This document shows, one piece after another, positions 54,361 through 64,000 of a DNA stretch of 64,000 nucleotides. This stretch comes from the human T2T-CHM13v2.0 reference genome, Homo sapiens. The position numbers and the translations under genes were made by a program. The stretch's first letter is position 1. Each line of letters starts with the position of its first letter. The notes beneath the pieces are model-generated. The model had not been told where the DNA came from and searched no databases. It saw only the letters and a program-made list of their open reading frames with translations. Location: the NCBI RefSeq assembly GCF_009914755.1, contig NC_060928.1; one strand, 5' to 3'.

Positions 54361-54489
54361 GTTATCTAGTCTGCAGCAACACAGTCAATTCATTCATCTC
54401 TAAATGTCATTTATTCATATCTGTTAAATGCCAAGTAATCTGTTCAGTACTGGTGGCAAACAGATGGCTGGAATGTATAGTAATTCCGG

Positions 54490-55962
<1,473 letters not shown>

Positions 55963-56335
55963 AAGGAAAATTTTTAAATTAACTCAGGAAGAAATAAAAA
56001 ACCTGAATAGTCGAATAACCCTAAAATAAATCTAAAGGGTATTTTAAAATATTTTCTCCTGCTTGCTCCATCTAGCTTGAGACAAAGATAGCAGACCAGA
56101 CTATTTTTGAGTCAAAATATATAAAACCTCTAAGCTTTTCCATACACTTTATAAATTGTATTTAGAGCATAGAGAAAGATGGGAAACTTCCCAGCTCATT
56201 TGACTTGGCTAGCATTACTTGCCAATGTAATAAAACAGGATGATGAGCACACAAAAGCAAAAGAAGAGGGGAAAAAAATGATAGGCCAATATATTTATGA
56301 GCAGAGATGCAAATAGCCTAAATAAGACATTAACA

Positions 56336-56681
56336 GGCTGGGTGCCATGGCTCACGCCTGTAATCCCAGTACTTTGGGAGGCCAAGGCAGGCAGATTGCT
56401 TAAGCCCAGGAGTTTGAGACCAGCCTGGGCAATATGGCAAAACCCAAACTCTACTAAAAAAAAAAAAATACAAAAATACAAAAATTAACTGGGCATGGTG
56501 GCATGCACCTGTAATCCTAGCAAGTTGGGAGGCTGAGGCACAAGAATTGCTTGACCCCAGGAGGTGGAGGTTGCAGTGAGCTGAGATCACACCACTGCAC
56601 TACAGCCTGGGCAACAGAGTAAGACTGTCTGGAAAAAAAAGAAAGAAAGGAAAGAAAGGAAAGAAAGGAAGAAAGGAAGAA

Positions 56682-56749
<68 letters not shown>

Positions 56750-56840
56750 AGAAAGGAAGAAAGGGGGAGGGAGGGAGGAAGGAAGAGGGAGAGAGAGAGA
56801 GAGAGGAAGGAAGGAAAGAAGGAAGGAAGGGAGGAAGAAG
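56336..56840 (+). mobile_element. AluJ-like element whose tail expanded into a (GAAA)n/(GGAA)n tract (56631-56840)
   Basis: Direct reading. Confidence 0.94.
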
Positions 56841-56988
56841 TGAATCTATTGCCATCTTTTCCAGCAATAGATTTATGGAGAAAAAAAATATGATCATCTG
56901 AATAAGTGTTGACAAGGTATTTAATTAAATTTAATACCAACACCTGATTAAAAATCTTAGCAATCCAGAAAAGTATGAATCTACATTA

Positions 56989-57285
<297 letters not shown>

Positions 57286-57356
57286 ATAGTAATAACAAAA
57301 AACAAAACTTCTGTATGACAAATAAGCATACAAACAAAATATAAAGACAAGTGACA

Positions 57357-57781
<425 letters not shown>

Positions 57782-57790
57782 TCATTTCAT

Positions 57791-58217
57791 TTCCTTCCTT
57801 CCTTCCTTCCTTCCTTCCTTCCTTCCTTCCTTCCTTCCTTCCTTCCTTCTTTCTTTCTTTCTCCTTCCTTCCTTCCTTCCTTCCTTCCTTCCTTCCTTCC
57901 TTCCTTCCTTCCTTCCTTCCTTTCTTTTTTTGAGATGGAGTTTTGCTCTTGTTGCCCAAGCTGGAGTGCAAAATGGCACAATCTCGGCTTACTGCAACCT
58001 CCAACTCCCGAGTTCAAGCAATTATCTTGCCTCAGCCTCCTGAGTAGCTGGGATTACAGACATGCGCCTCCACACCTGGCTAATTTTTCGTATTTTTAGT
58101 AGAAATGGAGTCTCATCATGTTAGTCAGGCTGGTCTCGAACTCCTGGCCTCAGGTGATCCACCTGCCTTGGCCTCCCAAACTGCTGGGATTACATGCGTG
58201 AAACACTGCACCCGGCC
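57791..58217 (-). mobile_element. AluS with a (CCTT)n microsatellite tail (57791-57925), inserted in a MIR
   Basis: TSD ctcatttcat. Confidence 0.95.
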
Positions 58218-58849
58218 CTCATTTCATCTGTAAATCAAGTCTCTGAGGCAGTGGTGATCGACACGATTGTTCAGAAGAAGACACTAAAAACTGGAGAATT
58301 TAAGCACCCTGCCCAAATCTCATGGCTCAGAAGTGAGTTAAGGTTCCAACATGGACCTAAGCTGGCTCCCACACCTGCCACCATTTATCTCTCCAGGAAC
58401 TAGCATGATTCCTCATCTCCTAAAGTCACTTCACTTATTATTTGTGCTTTTGATGTGTTTGTTTCTGGACAGATTGTCTGAAAGGGTCTTTTCAGTAGAA
58501 AGGTCCTGAGGTGAAGATGGAGAATGGGTCACAAAGCTGTCACATGCCTTCCTTCTCATGAACTCTTGAGGAGCAATCTTCCTCCTTAGCTTTTTCTTCT
58601 GCCTTCTTCCTTGGCTTTTGAGTTTCCTGGGGTGGCCCTAATTTCCAGCCAGTGGAGAGCTGGGCTTGGTTGCCCCATTCATCAATCCTAGCATGCCCCC
58701 ACCCTTCCCCTTTCTCATTTGCTTGTGACAGGGAGAAAGAACGGAGTGTGGGTAAACCCTCTGACTTATCTGATTGTGCTGTAGGTGGGCCAGGTCAGGC
58801 TTGGCTTGACTGGCTTGACCTGCTCTGCTATTTCCTTTTCTGTCCCCCT

Positions 58850-59192
58850 CTTTTTCTTTTCTTTTCTTTCTTTCTTTTTTTTTTTTTTTTTTTTTTAGAT
58901 TAGGTCTTACTCCACCACCAAGGCTGTGTACAGTGCCGCTGTGTACAGTGGCACAATCACAGCTCACTGCCGCCTCCACCTTGTGGGCTCAACTGATCCT
59001 TCCACCTCATCCTCTGAGTAGCTGGGACTACAGACACACATCACCATGCCTGGTTAATTTTTTAAAAGTTTTTTGTAGAGGTGGGATCTCACTGTGTTGT
59101 GCAGGCTGCTCTTGAACTACTGGGCTCAAGTGATTCTTCTACCTTGGCCTCCCAAATTACTGGAATTACAGGTGTGAGTCACCATGCCCAGC
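58850..59192 (-). mobile_element. AluJ
   Basis: Reverse Alu; internal duplication of gctgtgtacagtg. Confidence 0.93.
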
Positions 59193-60639
59193 CTTCTGAC
59201 TGATGGATGTAGACTGTCCTGTGTTTCTGTGAGAGGGGCAGTCACTGTTATTTAGGATGTTCTGGAAAGGGTGACTGCTTGTCAGTGAGCCTCCCTCTCA
59301 GAGCCCCTTGAGCATCTGAATCAGAGTTAGCAAACTCTGTCCATCTCCTCTGCCATGATCCCTTTCTCTCCCCCATCAGCTCCTTCTATGCCTTCCTGCT
59401 CCTAGTTTCCAAGTCTCCAAGGTCAAGCTAAAGCCCAGATTTTATCATATTTCTCTTTTGCTTAAGAACCTGTAAGAGTTCACCAGTGAATTTTCAAAAT
59501 AAGGTTCGTGGATGTTATATTGGGGTCCAGGAAGTGTTAGACATTCTATTTACTCTTAATCCAAAAATTCAGAAAGAAACAGCTTGGGTACTAGGTAGCT
59601 GGTGTATTGATTGTCACTAGTGCCCCACTTGGCCCATCTGTCAGATCGTTTCCTGAATCATGGTGTATGTCAGAAATATCATAATGCAGAGGGCCAGAGA
59701 GAGGGGTGTATTCTCATCCACTGTCTTTCAATCTATTGCCAAGTGTTGCAATTTCCATGAGTCTAGCTCCATGAATTCCTACGGCCTCAGGATATGGTGG
59801 AGAAAATATTGTTAGAAATGAAACATTCATGATTCTTTGCATATAATCATGAAAGTCCATTCTAAAGTGTCTGTGGGGATTTTTCCTTCCCCTATATGAA
59901 AACAAAGGCATGACATTTCTGGCAATTTTTGGTAATAAAAAGCCTTGTGGTCCTTTTCAGTCATATCTCTGTCTTCAGACCTCTGGTCTAGGAAGGAGAG
60001 TAGTAGTGGCCAGCTTGTCTCTTTAAACCTCTCTTCCTTTGGGGCTGGAAGCAGGAGGAAGGAAGAGAGGTAAGGGATAGAGAGTTCTTATTTGGCTGGT
60101 ACTAGAATAATCTGACCCCATGCTTTGCAGACCTGGGAGGTTTGTGGAGCTGGCTCTCTCTTGTGGGCACTTATATGGGTTTTCTGGAGACTCCCTTGCT
60201 CGGGGTGTTCAACAGCAACTCCAGAATGTCAGGCAGTGTTTCTCTTGCCCCTGGCTGCTCCTGACATAGCCTCAGTTTCTACCTCCAATGGTTCACATCA
60301 CAGCCTCTTACCACCAGGGTCCTCTCTGGCTGTAGGCCGCCATCTTGGAAGAATCTCTTCTAAAATGAGCCAGACCATATTCTTACTGCAAGCTCATGTC
60401 TGGTCCTTGTGTTAGAGGGAAGTTCAGCCACTTCTGACCCACCATTGAAGGGGAGGAGTGAAGAGACTTCCCAGATGCTCAGCCATAGGGAGCGAGGCTG
60501 GTCCATGGAGGCCCAGCTACAGGTGCCTTGAGCTCTGTGCAAGGTCAGGTGAAGGTTCTCTCACTGGGTTGAGGTTAGGAGGGCACTCCCCTCCCAACTA
60601 TCTCTCAGTGCACTAAGTGCTGTGGGCTACATTGTCGCC

Positions 60640-60885
60640 GTGTATGTTGTGGGCACCACATTGATTCTGCTGCCTGGGTTGAAATCCTACCTCTGCCTCA
60701 CTAGCAGTGTGAACTCATGCAAATTTTTGAAAGTCCCCATTCCTCATCTGTAAAATAGGGCAATGTTAATGCCTACCCAGTATGGTTATGATAAGCTCAG
60801 TGTATTTCTAATACTTGGAACAGTACCTGGCACTATTTGTGTGTGTGTGTGTTTGTGTATGTCTGTGTTTGTGAGTGTGTGTGTA
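60640..60885 (+). mobile_element. MIR ending in a (GT)n tract
   Basis: ttcctcatctgtaaaataggg core; GT repeat 60838-60885. Confidence 0.8.
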
Positions 60886-61185
60886 TTAGCTATTATTTTT
60901 TCAAAATCAGGACCTTTAGAATAGAATTTTTATAATTCTTTCTAATGAGATGGTGGCCTCTCTGCAAGGGATACTCGTTTCCATTTATAGTGGTAGTGCA
61001 GTGTTTATTTCAAAAATTCATAATTTATGTTTTAAAATGTAAGTTGAATTAAACAAAAATATGAATTAGACAAAAGTGTTGGAAAGCATGGCAAGCATTT
61101 TGATGGTGGCATACAAATGATTGGTCTTTGGAGGCACAAGTCTAATAGCTCTTGAGTTCATAATGGCACTCTAAGAAGAACCTGA

Positions 61186-61522
<337 letters not shown>

Positions 61523-61714
61523 AACATAGTTTAATTTTATCTCAACTTGCCAATATTCTCCAAACATTGTTTTTTGTTTGTTTTCTTCTGAACACCTTCT
61601 TCAATAAACCAAACAAAAAAACTAAAACAAAACCAACCACAATGAACAACTTGAACATGAAACCCCAATATATATTTGCTTAAAATGTGAAAATTATACT
61701 TACATATGACAGAC

Positions 61715-62348
<634 letters not shown>

Positions 62349-63335
62349 TTATGTCCCTTCACCTTCATGAATTGTCTTGTGATGTCTGGGGTGCATTCAC
62401 CCCCACTTTGGAAACTGCTGGCTTAAGCAATGATAGAAACATACTATGTCCCTGGGTATTCTGATTCTTGAGATGCTCTGTAAAGCTTGGAGGACTGTGG
62501 GTGGGTGGATTCTTCCACGCTTGGATTATGCACACTCTCATTTCTACACAAACCTCCTGGCTTCTCTGCTTGTAAACAGTAATCAGGTCAGGCTGAATGT
62601 GGGGCCGGTAGTCCCAAGCTCCTGGCCAGTCCTACTCAGTCATTCCTAAGGATGGAGGCTGCACGGGCTCTGCCTCTTACCTTGCACCTGCCACCCTGTG
62701 CTTAAGCAACTCCCGCACAGCTTAACTCCTGGAGACAGTGGCCGGTGGGGACAGCTGCATGTCAGTCTGTGCTGTGAAACCAGTCATCCTTGTAACCAAA
62801 TGTGAGAGCGGCAGATTAAAGCAGAATTACCTAAAGAGGTTTGTAGGACACACACTGACCGAGTCCCCTGCTGCCAGCAGCTGCTCTTCTTGACATGGGG
62901 CCAACCCAGAAACTTTGCAGGATGCTCTCAGATGCTCCAGCAGCCAGAGAGGTGATGATGGCCCTGGAACTGCTGAGAGCAGCTGGTTTCATCAGGGCTG
63001 GCTGAATGTCTGGATCAACAGCGAAATCTCTGACTCTGTGCCAGGGAGTGGGCTCGTGGGCACTGCGTTGACAACTGTGACTAGTAAACCCAGCGGGAAC
63101 CAGGTCTAATTACAGTAGAGCTACAGAAATTGCCCCCACATTCCAGCTGTTTAAGTCAGATAATTTTAGGGTTGAGAAAGACCCTAGAGATCACCTAATG
63201 GATCCCAAACCTAGTTGCTTACAGCATCAATGAGAAGCCTTAAAATTTTTATAGTGAATTAGCTCAGTCATATAAAACAGTGGAGGGGCTGAGTCACCAC
63301 ATCATCCTGTGTTCCACTTAGCTTAAGAAATGGAG

Positions 63336-63627
63336 GCCAGGCGAGGTGGCTCCCACCTGTAATCCCAGCACTTTGGGAGGCTGAGACAGGCAGATCACTT
63401 GAGTTTGGGACCAGCGTGGCCAATATGGTGAGACCCCATCTCTACTAAAAATACAAAAATTAGCCAGGCGTCGTGGTGCGTGCCTGTAATCCCAGCTAGT
63501 CAGGAGACTGAGGCAGGAGAACCACTTGAACCTGGGAGGCGGAGGTTGCAGTCAGCCGAGATGGCACCACTGCACTCCAGCCTGGGTGACGAAGTGAGAC
63601 ACATCTCAAAAAAAAAAAAAAAAAAAA
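63336..63627 (+). mobile_element. AluS
   Basis: Dimer with a small deletion and an A tail. Confidence 0.95.
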
Positions 63628-64000
63628 GTTCCCCAAGCATTCCCAGTGACCCAGTGATGAGCCAGGATTGGTGAATAACCGCTCTCACTGGGGCTTGCCT
63701 GAGTGGACTGAGCACCTGTGTTGAAGTTAAAAGACCTGAGGTCCCATCCTGGTGGTGCCACCTCCCTCCTGTGTGACACCTGGCAAGGGGCATATTCCCC
63801 AAAACCTCAATTTCTTCATCTGTAAAAAGGGGATAAGGACAATAAACTTCCTTTCGAGCTCATGCATGTATATGAAGCTCTAAAACACTACACAGACATA
63901 GGACTTAAGGGCTCATGCAGCCTAGGGTTGGTCACCTCCAGTGACAGGAGGCTCATTACTTTCAGAGACAGCCTCCCCCCACCCTTTTTTCTGAAAGCTC

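Noticed and set aside
59480-61140. Possible hAT-Charlie fragments at ~59480-59950 and ~60900-61140
   Set aside because: Similarity is too weak to name a family or boundaries without a Dfam search.

Overview
Primate, almost certainly human, non-coding DNA (intergenic or deep intronic) that is dominated by repeats. It holds about 55 Alu copies or fragments, many L1, L2 and MIR fossils, four MaLR solo LTRs, a MER57-family and an LTR8-family solo LTR, and a near full-length Tigger4-like DNA transposon fossil. I see no intact protein-coding gene, RNA gene or CRISPR array, and most listed ORFs are Alu, L1 or low-complexity artefacts. The one gene-derived feature is a 5'-truncated RNF168 retrocopy (~34.3-38.7 kb) inserted in an old L1. 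It is broken by an inverted Alu pair and an in-frame Glu/Gly repeat expansion, but keeps an open C-terminal frame. Other notable items: (i) a 45-nt poly(A)-tailed, TSD-flanked retrocopy of the predicted first nucleotides of a MER57 LTR transcript; (ii) two short dispersed duplications that look locally templated; (iii) a deletion scar between inverted Alus; (iv) an L1PB-like insertion with a long flanking duplication and a possible 3' transduction; (v) a young AluYa5-lineage copy. Family names and the RNF168 assignment come from recalled consensus sequences, not from a database search. Boundaries of old repeats are approximate.
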